Source of the DNA: Octopus vulgaris | Lineage: Eukaryota | DNA: 64,000 bases | NCBI GenBank assembly: GCA_951406725.2 | Contig: OX597827.1 | Span: 57,660,001-57,724,000 of the forward strand | Direction: 5' to 3' | Shown here: in pieces, positions 42,000 through 56,418 of the stretch | How positions within the stretch are numbered: position 1 is the first letter of the stretch | How the letters are laid out: every line of letters begins with the position of its first letter | The notes under the pieces: model-generated | Told to the model about the DNA's origin: nothing | Databases searched by the model: none | The model's input: only the letters and a program-made list of their open reading frames with translations | Translations under genes and position numbers: made by a program

Positions 42000-42886
42000 G
42001 CAAACATGACAAATAATAAAATTAGGATGATGAGATACCGGACATGCGTCAATCAGTAACTGTGACAAATACGATAAACACGTAATATGACTCAACAGGC
42101 TGCTGTAAGGAGTGATTGACAGCAAACATCTATCTTTAGCCATTATTTTATTTTGTCTTTTGAAGTAGTTTCACTCAATCATAGCGAACCTGTTGATGTA
42201 AATCACGACTTTACATGGTTATGAAGCTCGCTTTGCTATCATGAGGTTTGGGGTTCGGTCCTACTGCGCGGCACCTGGAGCAAGTGGTTTTTTTTTTTTT
42301 TACAATAGCCCCCCACACCTCACCTCCGCCGACTAAATGTCTTGTGGGTAAATTTGGTTGACGGAAAGTGTGGAAATATCCCGCGTGCACGTTCGTCCCC
42401 CCGCCACCGCTTGACAACAGGGGTTGGTCAACTTATGTCCCAGTAACTTAATGGTTCGACAAAATAAGACCGATAGAATAAATACCAAACTTTAAGAAAA
42501 GTGTCCCAGTATGGTCGCAATCCAATGACTGAAACATGCAAAAGACAAAAAAAAAAAACGGAAGAGGATTACAGCAATGTAAATATAGCATATGCCAACA
42601 ACTTGTGACCATTTTTCTTTTTTTTTTGTTAAAAGTAATTTACAAACATTACAAGCGCATCCAAGGTGACGCAAATCCAAGGTGACTGAAAAGTTTAGGC
42701 AGTCATTAAAAGAGCACGTGACATAATTAAACCTGGTCTTAAACAGAAATTTAAAACCTGGACTTCGTTTATGGCTGTTATTTGTCACTAGCTCTTTTCG
42801 AAGACTGTCGTAATAAGCAAGGTCAAACCATAAAAAGATATATGCTGTCCGATTTGAAAAAAAAAAGGACGGAATTGTTTTGGCTG

Positions 42887-43304
42887 AAGTACTTTTGGCG
42901 ATCTTTCGTCTCTAGTAGACCTTTCCGTCGATTTCCGTAAAAAATTTTTTTTTTTTTTTTACATATGGGCTTGCGGGAACTTTTGAAGTAATATACATAC
43001 ATATACACATACACCGAGTAAAAAATTTCAGTTATCTCTTTCTTTCACACACACTAACAGAAGCACTTCACTTACACAACATACTGTGTCTCCCACACCC
43101 CATCAAACACACACACACATGTACAGCAATGCTTCCCCTGGACGGTAACTTCAAAAGAACTTCCCTCGTCATAAAATCGCTTTCTCTTAGTCTCTTTCGC
43201 TCTCATTACTTCAAAAGTTCCTGCAAGCCCATATGTAAAAAAAAAAAATTTTTTTTACGGAAATCGACGGAAAGTTATACTAGAGACGAAAGATTGCCGT
43301 ACTT
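42887..43304. repeat. Long inverted repeat (arms about 95-105 bp), foldback/MITE-like
   Basis: 42897-42992 is the near-exact reverse complement of 43205-43298; spacer about 210 bp. Confidence 0.85.
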
Positions 43305-43892
43305 TTTATTATACGTTTACTCGACCGAGACTTGCCAATGGCTAAACAACAAGAGTTTAAAACAGCAAAGTAGTTGAGCTATTAAAATCTTTGAATAAAC
43401 AGGGTGGTCACGAGCGCTGCATCAAGTACAATGAAGTGTGACTGACTGACTATAAGACGAAAAATTTTATGAGGGGATGGGTGTTAAACTGAGCAATGTG
43501 AGGAGACGGAAGTCTGAATGAAACCCCCATTATTTTATCATCAGCAAGAGTAACTAACATACGTCACGACGGACTCACTAACGTCACCCATAACACGAAA
43601 CATCACAAAGCTGTAGGAAGTAGACAAATTGAATACGAAAACATGAAAAGAAAAACAAAATCTGAACATGTTCACGTAAGTTTATCTATTTCGTGTGAAA
43701 CAATCCTTCAGGATTACCTTAACGTAAATAGCACACGAGAAAAACAATTTGACTGACAAATATGATGTTAGTTTAACGCTTCGGTGAAGAAAGAATGTGT
43801 ACGTATACATACACAAACCATTCATTAGTAATGACATCTATACATAATGAAAAGTTGTAATAAACATGCAGAGAGAGAGAGAGGTAGAAAAA

Positions 43893-44430
43893 TATAGATA
43901 GACAGATATAGATAGATAGATATAGACAGACAGATATAGATAGATAGATATAGACAGACAGATATAGATAGATAGATATAGACAGACAGATATAGATAGA
44001 TAGATATAGACAGACAGATATAGATAGATATAGACAGACAGATATAGATAGATAGATATAGACAGACAGATATAGATAGATAGATATAGACAGACAGATA
44101 TAGATAGATATAGACAGACAGATATAGATAGATAGATATAGACAGACAGATATAGATAGATAGATATAGACAGACAGATATAGATAGATAATGACAGGCA
44201 GATATAGATAGATAGATATAGACAGACTGATATAGATAGATAGATATAGACAGACTGATATAGATAGATATAGACAGACAGATATAGATAGATATAGACA
44301 GACATCATAGATAGATATAGACAGACATCATAGATAGAGATAGGTATAGACAGATGTAGATAGACATCATAGAGATAGATATAGATAGACAGCCAGATAT
44401 AAATACTTAGATATAGATAGACAGAGACAT
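43893..44430. repeat. GATA/GACA compound satellite, 24-28-bp unit
   Basis: (GATATAGACAGACAGATATAGATAGATA)n, degenerating towards the right end. Confidence 0.95.
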
Positions 44431-44965
44431 ACACTGTGTGTGTATGTGTAATTTTACATGTGTATTCATTCAGGCAATCAAATTAATTTTTATCGGGAGC
44501 TACTGCCCCTGCAGATGGGTTGGAAGATCACACCACACTTGGACATCTTAAACTTTGAATTGGTTTCAACAACTGTCCTTTCCTAACACCAACCGTTTTA
44601 CAAGATTTGCACTAAACACTCTATTGCAACATCCAAACTTAAGTTGCTAGTCCTGCTACTTCACCAACTACTTTACAAAATATACTCAATGAATCTTACA
44701 GTGTCACTAGCATTAATGAATCTGCCTTTTATCCTTAAGACTAGATGGTCCTCACTACTGTATGATAGGCTTTTTTTTTACTCAAAGTGATGTCCAGGAA
44801 AGCAGATCGAAGAAAGTAATGACAGGTAAAAAGAATCAGGAGGAAGTGAAGGTTGCAAGAGTATGATGGTAGAAACAGAGTTATTGGAGGAGGGAGTGTG
44901 TGACAAATAACGAAGTAGAAGAGGAGACTATATGTGTAAGTAAGTAATGGATGCCAACAGCATCC

Positions 44966-45210
44966 AGGCACATGGCTTAGTGGTTAGGGTGTTGAACTCA
45001 TGATCGTAAGGTTGTGGTTTCGATTCTTGGTCCGGGCGATGCGTTGTGTTCTTGAGCAAAACACTTCATTTTCACGTTGCTCCAGTCCACTCAGCTGGCA
45101 AAACTGAGTAATCCGGCGACGGACCGGTGTCCCATCCAGGTGGGGAATTTCTAGGCCACTGAAACCGGGAAACCAGCGCTTATGAGCCTGGCATGGCTCG
45201 AGAAGGAACA
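44966..45210 (+). mobile_element. V-domain-like tRNA SINE
   Basis: Same head and body as 62339-62600; a degraded relative lies near 28515-28750. Confidence 0.8.
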
Positions 45211-47325
45211 TTTTTATTATTTTTTTTAACAGCTAATGGCTCGGGGGAATGACTTGTAATGCAGAAAGGGTAATCAAACATGATGAGAAGCGACACCAGA
45301 TGTATACTTGAAAGGGGAAGACTGTGTGGCATATCTCTCCTCCTCATTTAGACTTGGTACCAGTTGCCACTAAGTGAGAGTTCTTTCTCTATCTTTCTCC
45401 TAAAGAATATAATTTCAATAAATAAATAAATCTATGTTATTTAATGAACCCTTGTTCTAATACATGCCACTGGGTTGTAAAATATCAAGACCATGAATGT
45501 ATTCTTTCGTATATATGTCCAAGTATTTTATCTACTGAAAATCAGGCAAGACAACTGCTGTGCTGATAATGCCTACAGAGGCAGAAACAGGTTTACAGCA
45601 GTCTTCTTGTCTTCAAACTATCATCTAGAATGTCAATTTTAGGGAATTCATAATTCTCAAGATTATCTCCCCTTCTCATCTGGAACTAGTCTCAATGGTT
45701 TTCAAGTGGTTAGAAAGCATAATTTCAATACCTCAGGAAATTATCTTCAATGCTATAATTTACTTGGATTCTTCTGTTCTAATGCATGCTAGTGGTCACT
45801 TTGAGTTATTTCTCTTAACCTGTTTCTACTTCATTTACACACACACACACATATAGCACCTCAACCAGTACCACCATTTTTTTATGACAGTTTTACCATG
45901 TTTCCACAAGTGGGTGGGTCTTCCCCACTATAGCACGTCACCAGTTGTCTCAATCCTTTCACATCTCCATGCAGCAAAACATCATGAAAAGAAAATCGTT
46001 ACATATATATTCATATATGTAAACACACACATATACACACATGCATACATGTGTGTATGTATATTTTTATAAATATGTGTAAAAGCATATAATTACACAT
46101 TTGTAAACAAGCATTCACAACTATTCAATATTTATTTATATACACAAGAAAATGCTTGTAGGATGAAAAGTTTGCTTCCCAACGATATGATTCTGAGTTC
46201 AGTCCTACTGCATGCCACATTGGGCAAGTGTCTTCTACTATAGCCTCGGGCCGACCAAAGTCTTGTGAGTGGGTTTGATAGATGGAAGCTAAAAAAAAAA
46301 ACTGTCGTATAAGTATATGTGCGTGTCTTTGTGTCAGTTTGTCCCCACAACACTGCTTAATAACTGGTGTTCGTTTGTTTACGTTCCCATAGCTTAGCAG
46401 TTTGGCAAAAGAGACTGATAGAACAAGTACTGGGCTTTAAGAAAAAAAAGGACTGGGGTCAATTGGTTTGACTAAAAATTCTTCAAGGTAATGTCCCAGC
46501 ATGGCCACAATCTAATGACAAACAAGTAAAAGAGAACAGATTAACAGATGCTTACATATAAACATAAGTACACGTTATACTGTAACTGTATAATCACAAT
46601 ATGTTTCGTTTTGGGATTTGGTTTGCAAGATTCTTTATATGAGAGTCAAGACTATTGAAAAGGTTGCAAGACGCAACGAAAATTTTAGGAAAATAAAAAT
46701 AAGAAATAAGTGGAAATTTTACTGGCGAGTGTGTTACATTATAAGGCACAGAAAGAAAATGAGTCTCCCCAGACACAACACAATAATATGCCATTCTAAC
46801 AATGTTTTGGCAGTGCTATAAGAATTTAAAAGCAGAGATTATTTAGAGCATATTATTGTATCATTGCAAGAGAGTAAGGGATTAAATAGTGAAATAGTAT
46901 CATGCAGAAGGGTTAGGAAAGATGGAAGGTTGAGAACCATGGAACTAGAGAAATCCTTGATGGCAGAAAATATTCATGTAGTTGTTTTGGTCATGCCTGC
47001 ATGGATAAATGCATGTGTGTGTGTAATATTATCATTATTTAACATCCATTCTACATGCTGGCATAGGTTGGACAGTTTGACAGGAGCTGGTAAGCTGCAC
47101 TAGACTCCAGTTGTCTCTTCTGGCATGGTTTACAGCTCGATGCCCTTCCTAACACCAACCACTTTACAGATTGTTTTAGGTGGGTTTTTTTCTTTACATG
47201 GCACCTGCACCTAAGAGCTTGCAAAATAAGGACCTCTCAGCTGACACAACAACTGGAACCAAGAGACCAGAGTTATTAGGTGTGTGTATGTATATGAGTG
47301 TGTGTGTGTGTATATATATATATAT

Positions 47326-47726
47326 TCTTTACTCTCTTTTACTCTTTTACTTGTTTCAGTCATTTGACTGCGGCCATGCTGGAGCACTGCCTTTAATCGA
47401 GCAACTCGACCACGGCACTTATTCTTTGTAAGCCCAGTACTTATTCTATCGGTCTGTTTTGCCGAACCGCTAAGTGACGGGGACAAAAACACACTAGCAT
47501 CGGTTGTCAAGCAATGCTAGGGGGACAAACACACATACATATATACATATGTATATACATATATACGACAGGCTTCTTTCAGTTTCCGTCTACCAAATCC
47601 ACTCACAAGGCTTTGGTCGGCCCGAGGCTATAGTAGAAGACACTTGCCCAAGGTGCCACGCAGTGGGACTGAACCCAGAACCATGTGGTTGGTAAACAAG
47701 CTACTTACCACACAGCCACTCCTGCG

Positions 47727-47728
<2 letters not shown>
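47326..47728 (-). mobile_element. OR-type CORE-like SINE, full-length young copy
   Basis: Minus strand starts GGCGCAGGAGTGGCTGTGTGGTAAG (A-box-like), has GGGTTCAGTCCC (B-box-like) and CCTTGGGCAAGTG, and ends in (AGTAAAAG)n; flanked by (TA)n. Confidence 0.9.
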
Positions 47729-47762
<34 letters not shown>

Positions 47763-49049
47763 AACACACATATGTACACATATACTAGTCACACAAAGGA
47801 TAAAGAGCACCTTTGGTCATGAATGACCATGAGATTGTTTGCACCTAGAAAGTTCCCCTCCAAGGCACAAGTCCAGGCAAGATTGTTTGTAGAGGACCAG
47901 CAGTTGGCCACGCATACCAGTCTCCTCTCTCCATGTTATGCTGCCCAAGGGAAAGGCCAATACAGCTTGACACCAGTGATGTCACAACACATTTCTACAG
48001 TTGAGTGAACTGAAGCAACATGAAATAAAGTGTCTTGCTCAAGAAAACAACACACAGCCCGGTCCGGATATCAATCTTACAACCTCAAGATTGTAAGCCT
48101 GATGATCTAACCACTGAACCAAGCACCTTCACATTATATATATGTATGTGTATATATATATATACATACATATATACATATATATATATAAAACACACAC
48201 ATTATATAAGGCGTGGTTGCAGGTTAAGAAGCTTGCTTCCCAGCTACATGGTTTCAGGTTCAAATCCACTGCGTGACACTTTGGACAAATGTCTTTCACT
48301 ATAGCACTGAGCCATCCAAAGCCTTGAGTGGATTTGGTAGCCGGAAACTGAAAGAACCCGTCATATATATATATATATATATATATGCTGTATGCGTGCG
48401 CGCGCGCTCGTGTATTTGCTGGTTTGTTTACATCCCCGTGACCTAGCGGTTCGACAAAGGAAACCGATAAAGAAACAGGCTTTAAGAATAAATACTGAGA
48501 TCGATTCGTTCGACTAAAACTCAAGGCGGTGCCCCAGCATGGCCACAGTCCAAGGATATACAAGTAAAGGAATGCAGATATACACACATAAACGTATACC
48601 ATACATATATACATCAAATTATATATATATATACGCGTTCGGGTTACATACATGAGTGAATTGCATACGTGTATGTGTATATATATATATATATGCGTGT
48701 GCGAAACCTTCGGCCGTTGATAGTATATATTTAAGTACCTATATATTATGTGTGTGCACGACTATGGGTATTATATAAACAGTATCAATAACACAATCTC
48801 TTCGTGCATGAGTGAGTGACGAGAATGAATAGAGAGAAATTTGACAGAAAATACTGAAGAATGTTAGAGGAAACTGGAGAGGAGGTGGGGGACAGCGGAT
48901 ATTACGTTTTGAGGTTACGAAGAGGCTGATGTGTGTGTCGTCGGCAAACGTTGACAATGCGACTGAACTGGGGATACATACGTATATACAAATCACAAAT
49001 ATTGCACTCACACATACATACACACACACCCATACGTAACATATACAAA

Positions 49050-49092
49050 TACACAAAGACATACAAACATATATATACACACAGATACAAAC

Positions 49093-49125
<33 letters not shown>

Positions 49126-49192
49126 TACAAACATATATATATATATACATACACACACAAACATATATATATATACATACACACGCACAAAC

Positions 49193-49225
<33 letters not shown>

Positions 49226-49349
49226 AACATATATATATATATACACACACACACAAACATATATATATATATACATACACACACACACACAAATATATAT
49301 ATATATATACACACACACACAAACATATATATATATATACACACACACA

Positions 49350-49401
<52 letters not shown>

Positions 49402-49426
49402 AACATATATATATATACACACACAT

Positions 49427-49491
<65 letters not shown>

Positions 49492-50402
49492 AACATATAT
49501 ATACACACACATACAAACATATATATATATACACACACATACAAACATATATATATATACACACACACATACAAACATATATATATATATACACACACAC
49601 ATACAAACATATATATATATACACACACACATACAAACATATATATATATATACACACACACATACAAACATATATATATATATACACACATACAAACAT
49701 ATATATATATACACACATACAAACATATATATATATACACACACATACAAACATATATATATATACACACACATACAAACACATATATATATACACACAC
49801 ATACAAACATATATATATATACACACACATACAAACATATATATATATACACACACATACAAACATATATATATATACACACACATACAAACATATATAT
49901 ATATATACACACACATACAAACATATATATATACACACACATACAAACATATATATATACACACACATACAAACATATATATATATATATACACACACAT
50001 ACAAACACATATATATATATACACACACATACAAACACATATATATATATACACACACACATACAAACCATATATTGGCGTTGCCACACTGGCTGCACCA
50101 ACATGGCACGTATAAAGCACCCACTACACTCACGGAGTGGTTGGCGTTAGGAAGGGCATCCAGCCGTAGAAACACTGCCAGATTTGACTGGGCCTGATGA
50201 AGCCTTCTGGCTTCACAGACATACAGAACCGTCCAACCCATGCTAGCATGGAAAACGGACGCTAAATGATGATGATGATGATGATGATGACACATACAAA
50301 CATATATATATACACACACATACAAACATATATATATATACACACATACAAACATATATATATACACACACATACAAACATATATATATACACACACATA
50401 CA

Positions 50403-50466
<64 letters not shown>

Positions 50467-50551
50467 CACACACATACAAACATATATATATACACACACA
50501 TACAAATATATATATACACACACATACAAACATATATATATACACACACAT

Positions 50552-50596
<45 letters not shown>

Positions 50597-50630
50597 TACA
50601 GACATATATACATACACACACATATATCCA
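49050..50630. repeat. (TACAAACA(TA)n(CA)n) compound minisatellite
   Basis: Dozens of variable-length units; interrupted by the RTE fragment at 50068-50290. Confidence 0.95.
50068..50290 (+). mobile_element. RTE 3'-end fragment with (TGA)n tail inside a microsatellite array
   Basis: GGAGTGGTTGGCGTTAGGAAGGGCATCCAGC...CCATGCTAGCATGGAAAACGGACGCTAAA(TGA)n. Similar fragments near 11690-11882, 17814-18090, 26780-26883, 33840-34066, 39678-39830, 47030-47170, 51130-51320 and 60220-60362. Confidence 0.85.
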
Positions 50631-51831
50631 TACACCATGCACACACAGACGTGTGTCTATGTACGCGCAATACATGTATCGTGGAATTAAATGGCAAAGA
50701 TATAACGGCTAGGGGAAGAGCGGAGGAGGGGGAAGTTGTACGAACACAAGTTTCTCCCCGCAAAAATATTATACATGCCTATTTATTACACACATAAACA
50801 CGTTGCACGCTGACGGAACATCGAAGTAAATCTGGAAAGGAAATCTGAAAATTCTTCCTCAACCCGAGCACTGTCAAAAATACGAAACTGAATACGAAAA
50901 GTAACAAACATAACATAAGCAGATTGATGTTTATTCCAACATGTTTTCACGCGCCTGCGTGCATAATCTATCTACCATCTATCAATCATTCAAATAATAT
51001 ATGAGCATAATCATATTTTATATAATCATATTTCATACACACACACACACAGATAAACATATATAAATATACATGCATATAGATACACATATATACAAAC
51101 ATACATGCATATACACATGGTTTTTTGCATATTTAATGGCCATCTTCCACGCTAGCATCGGTTGGACGGTTTGACAAGAATTGACAAACCGAAGGACTGC
51201 GTCAAGCTCCAATGTCTGCTTTGACATGGTTTTTTTTTTTTATGGTTGGATGCTTTTCCTAATGCAAACAACTTTAGAGGGTATATTGGGTAAGTTTTCG
51301 TGGCACCAGCACTGATGAGGTCACCAAGTTACCAGCAATACAAGCCCTCGTCGACTGAGTAGGGGTGTACAGTAGCGAGAAGTAGCTGGCTTCAGGCCAG
51401 TTGTCGAGAGTTTAAAGTACGATAGAGGGTCCTGGTGTCCTAGTACAGAGGAGGTAGGTACAAGACTACCCAGCGAGAGAAAGATGGGTGATGAGGTACC
51501 AGGGCCATACAAACAAGATGTAAGGTAAGTGTGAGCGAGAATAGGGACAGAGGATTAAGGAGGGTGGATGGTTAAGTTCACAGGTGTGTGAAAGAAAATT
51601 GACAAACGGTTAAGTGGAGATAGAGGTGAATGATGAACAAGAGTGAATGTATTGGGGAAGGTAAAGGAAAATTGGAAGAAGTCAGGATGGAGAAGAGATG
51701 TTGTGACGGGATATAAAGGGGTGGTGGAACAGAGAGCAATAGTTTAACAAACCCATATATAGATGATAAATAAGGAAACACTATTAAATATTAGGAGTCA
51801 CTTTACATTAATGAGTGGAACGTACAATTTC

Positions 51832-52158
51832 CTATAATTCGGACTGCTTCTTGGTCCCAGCAGACAAAATGGAAAATACACTACCTAGGAGGACAGTAAG
51901 GGAGATGCTCTGGAACAGCCACTCCGAGTCTCAGGACTTGCACTTGCAGATAGCCATCTCTGCTCCATTGATAGTCGTGAGCAGGGACATGATCTGGGGA
52001 CCTAGAACAGCAGAGGTCTCCACTGCCATAGGCTCCATTATAATCCTGTCTGAGAATGACCAATACCTTGAGAGTTTGCTTTCTCAGCCGGACAAGCAGC
52101 AGAGCCTGGGCTGGTAGCTGAACACACTTGGGAAGGCATCACAGCATGTGGCATCCCA
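51832..52158 (-). pseudogene. Remnant of a CRE-clade non-LTR retrotransposon restriction-like endonuclease domain
   Basis: Across frameshifts it reads WDATCCD...PGSAACPAE...SKLSRY...EPMAVETSAVLGP...WLFQSISLTVLLGSVFSIL. This matches the CRE RLE pattern WD.T..D / AA..AE..K..KY / P.A.ET.G..G / L.QR.S.A..RGN...I. Confidence 0.7.
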
Positions 52159-52198
52159 GATGGGAAGATGATATGAAGTGTGGAGGTAAAAGAGGGAT

Positions 52199-52233
<35 letters not shown>

Positions 52234-52575
52234 AGACAGAGGTAGGTAGAAGTTGATGTATTGAGTGAAGGTGGAAGAACCAATGATGACAAGTATGAGA
52301 GGGTGAGAATAAGGGGTGGGTGACAAAAGAAGTGGTTCCATAGACGATGTGGTATTGCATCCATAGCAGCTGACTAAGTGGTCTCTGCCGTAGATAGAAG
52401 ATTGATGAAGGGATGAGTTATGGAGAGGACTTGACAGGGATAAATAGATAGACTGGGCGTGGAGCAGACACACAAAGAATACGCTTCTAAGAGGGGTTTT
52501 TTTCCAGCACAGCTAACCAATGATCATCATCTCTGTGAGGCTCAACATCCTGAAATTAATTTTAACTACTTCATC

Positions 52576-52638
<63 letters not shown>

Positions 52639-52779
52639 ACTTAGACCAAAACTTTGAAGTCATTGTCAACAACATCATTGTTTAAGAATAATAAATTTGT
52701 ACCCTACAAAAGCCTAGAGTAACCCATCAGATTAATGTAAAATTGTTTTTATTATAATTGAAAATAAAAACATTTACAT

Positions 52780-52810
<31 letters not shown>

Positions 52811-53559
52811 ATAATATACAAATAAATAGTTGTAAATATAAAACCATCCGAATTTCTGAGTACCTCATTTCTTCTAATATAAAATACCTGTACATCATCT
52901 CCAAACCTTCCAATATATATGTAATATATTCCCACTTAAATGATGCAGATGTTTTGTTAGAACAAACCATACTGCAGTAGTTACCATGAGAGAAACTCCC
53001 ATACAGCTTTTCAGTGCAGAATGCACTTGTGTTTATATAATATATATATATATGCATATGTGTATACATACCCACAGGCATGTATGTGTATAGTTAAGAA
53101 TTCTGCTTCCTAACCATGTGGCTTTGGGCATGTGCCTTCTACTATAACCCCAAATTTACCAAAATCTAGGGAGCAGATTTAGTAATTAGACACTGAAAAA
53201 AGCCCATTGTGTATGTGCATGTATATGTGTACATGTGGTGAGTGTACGGACACATTTAAGCATATAAATGTGTGTGTGTATTTTTCCCCCTTGTCCTAAC
53301 AACTCGTGATATTTGTAAACAAATAGTTTCCAATCTTCCACAAAAAAACATGGCTTTGGAGAAATATTATCTTGGTTCAAAACCAAGTGTGGGTTGGCAA
53401 CAGGAAAGGACATCACAGAGTAAGTCCACTTCAATGAATTCCTTGAGTCCCATGCAAAAATACACACATACATAGACAAGCTTATAACAGTTACAGCTTG
53501 CACAACTCGCTTTGCAAATTGCAAGGTAACAACAGCACAGATGTCACAAGAAGCATTTA

Positions 53560-53565
53560 ATATAC

Positions 53566-53612
<47 letters not shown>

Positions 53613-54316
53613 ACACATCCATGCATGTATATGTGTGTGTATATATATATATACACACACACACATGCATTCAGATATTTATATACATTCATACATGTAT
53701 ACATATACACATGTATGCACTTGCATATATATATATATATGCATATACACTTCTGTATATACATACATATGCATATATATATACACTCACAAATGTACAC
53801 ATATATACACAATGTGCATATGCATACATTTATACACAAACACACATGCGTGTATATACACATACGTACGTGTATATACCCATGTATATATACACATGCG
53901 TGTATATACATACTTGTATAGATATATATTTATATACATATGTGCATACATTTATATATACAGATATATATTTATACATATGTGCATACATTTATATATA
54001 CAGATATATATTTATACATATGTGCATACATTTGTATATACATATATATTTATATGAATGTGCATACATTTATATATACATATATTTATACATATGTACA
54101 TATACACATGTATATATACATATATACAAGGCCATCGTAAATGTCTAGACATCACGTGATGGTTGTAAACGAGCATCACCTTCACGATGTCATATTTCCA
54201 ATCTTCAGTGAAAAACATATCTGGCCATAGTGGAGCATTATCTTTTTTTGGAAACGTGTTAGCGACAGGAACGGCATCCGTCTGATTTATGTCAGCATTG
54301 AAAATGGACGTTAAAT

Positions 54317-54351
<35 letters not shown>

Positions 54352-54706
54352 ATATAGATAGATAGATTTGTGTGTGTAAATATACTTTCAGACATGTAAA
54401 TATACACATATAGAAATGTGTGCCTACATGTACATATCTATATATACATATTCACATACATACAGGTACATACATCCGGTCACATAGATAAAACATATGA
54501 TTTTATTTTGACATCTCCCAAGGATTGCCACTAGATAAACAGGTACACACACAGACACACATAAAAGCATATATTCGTATATAGACATTCATATACATAT
54601 AACATATATACATGTACATTGGTAAAAATAAGCCTTCATATAGACAGATATATATATCAAAATCCATATAGATATATATACATATATGCACACACATATA
54701 TTTAGA

Positions 54707-54751
<45 letters not shown>

Positions 54752-54858
54752 GTATCTATATCTCTCTATATATATACATATATTTAGAGACATATACATG
54801 TAGATACATTATATATATATATATACACACATTTAGAGACATATACAAGTAGATACAT

Positions 54859-54902
<44 letters not shown>

Positions 54903-54944
54903 TACATACACATATATTTAGAGACAATACATGTAGATACATAC

Positions 54945-54985
<41 letters not shown>

Positions 54986-55003
54986 CATTTATATAAATTT
55001 AAG

Positions 55004-55045
<42 letters not shown>

Positions 55046-55050
55046 CACTA
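53560..55050. repeat. TA/CA-rich low-complexity region with local tandem units
   Basis: 38-bp unit CATATGTGCATACATTTATATATACAGATATATATTTA repeated near 53920-54100; ATTTAGAGACATATACA units near 54700-54950. Confidence 0.9.
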
Positions 55051-55386
55051 ATGTTTACGTTTAACGATATATGTACAATTATATACACATACATAAAATT
55101 TGAAAACATACATAGACATTTAATATAAAGATATAGATTACGCTCAAATTTACATATGTATACATACATACATTCAGAAACACAAAATCGTATAGACAGT
55201 ACATATAGGTATAGAATTGTATGTGTGTGTGTATGTGTGATGACTCAACACCCAACAGACCAAAATAGTAACTAAACTATTTCATGTTAGAGTAAAGGGT
55301 GTTCAGATTATTGACAATGTTTTATATCTTGTCCGTGGGAGTTAAATATCAAACATGAACAAATACGTGTGTGTGTGTGTGTATAC

Positions 55387-55419
<33 letters not shown>

Positions 55420-55744
55420 AATATCTGAAACATGACTACAATATAATTCCCTGTTTGCGTTTTTGTTTTTCTTCTTCTTTCTCTATTTTGTTTATAAGTG
55501 GTATTAAGTGGTTGGTAGAAGAGAAATCGAAAACATAGGTGATGAGTAGTAATCCGCTGAATGATCGACGTTTTTAAGCAGCTGAAAATATTATATATAT
55601 ACATACATATAATAATAACATGCTCAAGCTATATACCTCTAACTCTCAGATACATGCACACAGAAATTAATATGAAGGCTTTTGTATGCGTGACTGTACA
55701 GGCATGTTTGTGTGTATGTGTGTGTGTATATATATATATATATG

Positions 55745-56170
55745 TATCTCTGACATGTTTATATATCCAAGTCTGCATAGTGGTGAGCGTGTCTGTGCAA
55801 ATAAATATGCATGCAGTATATGTTTGTATGTATGTATGTATATGTATATATATATATATATAGATAGATAGATGCAGTTAGCCATAACTTGGATTATATA
55901 TATATATATATATATGTATGTATAATTTATACATAGATATTCTTCGGTGCTACAACAATAGAGTGTGTGTGTGTATATATATATATATATCTGACATGTT
56001 TATATATCCAAGTCTGCATATTGGTGTGCGTGTCTGTGCAAATAAATATGCATGCAGTATATGTATGTATATATATATATATTAATGCAGTTAGTTATAA
56101 CTTGGATTATATATATATATATGTATGTATGTATAATTTATACATAGATATTCTTCGGTGATACAACAAT

Positions 56171-56205
<35 letters not shown>

Positions 56206-56398
56206 CTCTGACATGTTTATATATCCAAGTCAGTGCAAATAAATATGCATGCAGTATATGTTTGTATGTATGTGTATGTATGTATGTATATATACATATA
56301 TATATATCGATGCAGTTAGCCATAACTTGGATTATATATATATATATGTATGTATGTATAATTTATACATAGATATTCTTCGGTGATACAACAATAGA
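55745..56398. repeat. Three tandem copies of a 210-225-bp unit next to the ZFYVE28 splice donor
   Basis: CTGACATGTTTATATATCCAAGTC...GATATTCTTCGGTG(C/A)TACAACAATAGA three times, with variable internal microsatellites. Confidence 0.95.
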
Positions 56399-56418
56399 AT
56401 GATGACTAATGGACTTAC

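Larger units (their letters stand above)
1..56418 (-). other. ZFYVE28: Probable intron 1 of ZFYVE28 (continues past the window start)
   Basis: Starts at GT 56418-56417. No exon resembling the expected next peptide (about [27 protein letters not shown]) was found by eye; content is repeats and low-complexity DNA. Confidence 0.6.

Noticed and set aside
46645-46690. CTATTGA...GTTGC-AAGAC-GCAAC-GAAA hammerhead-like hairpin
   Set aside because: The core deviates at several invariant positions and there is no clear stem I or III; it may be a repeat remnant but cannot be supported.
48739-50763. 674-aa ORF and overlapping 130-405-aa ORFs
   Set aside because: Translations of (TA/CA) microsatellite, open in many frames on both strands, with no protein-like composition.
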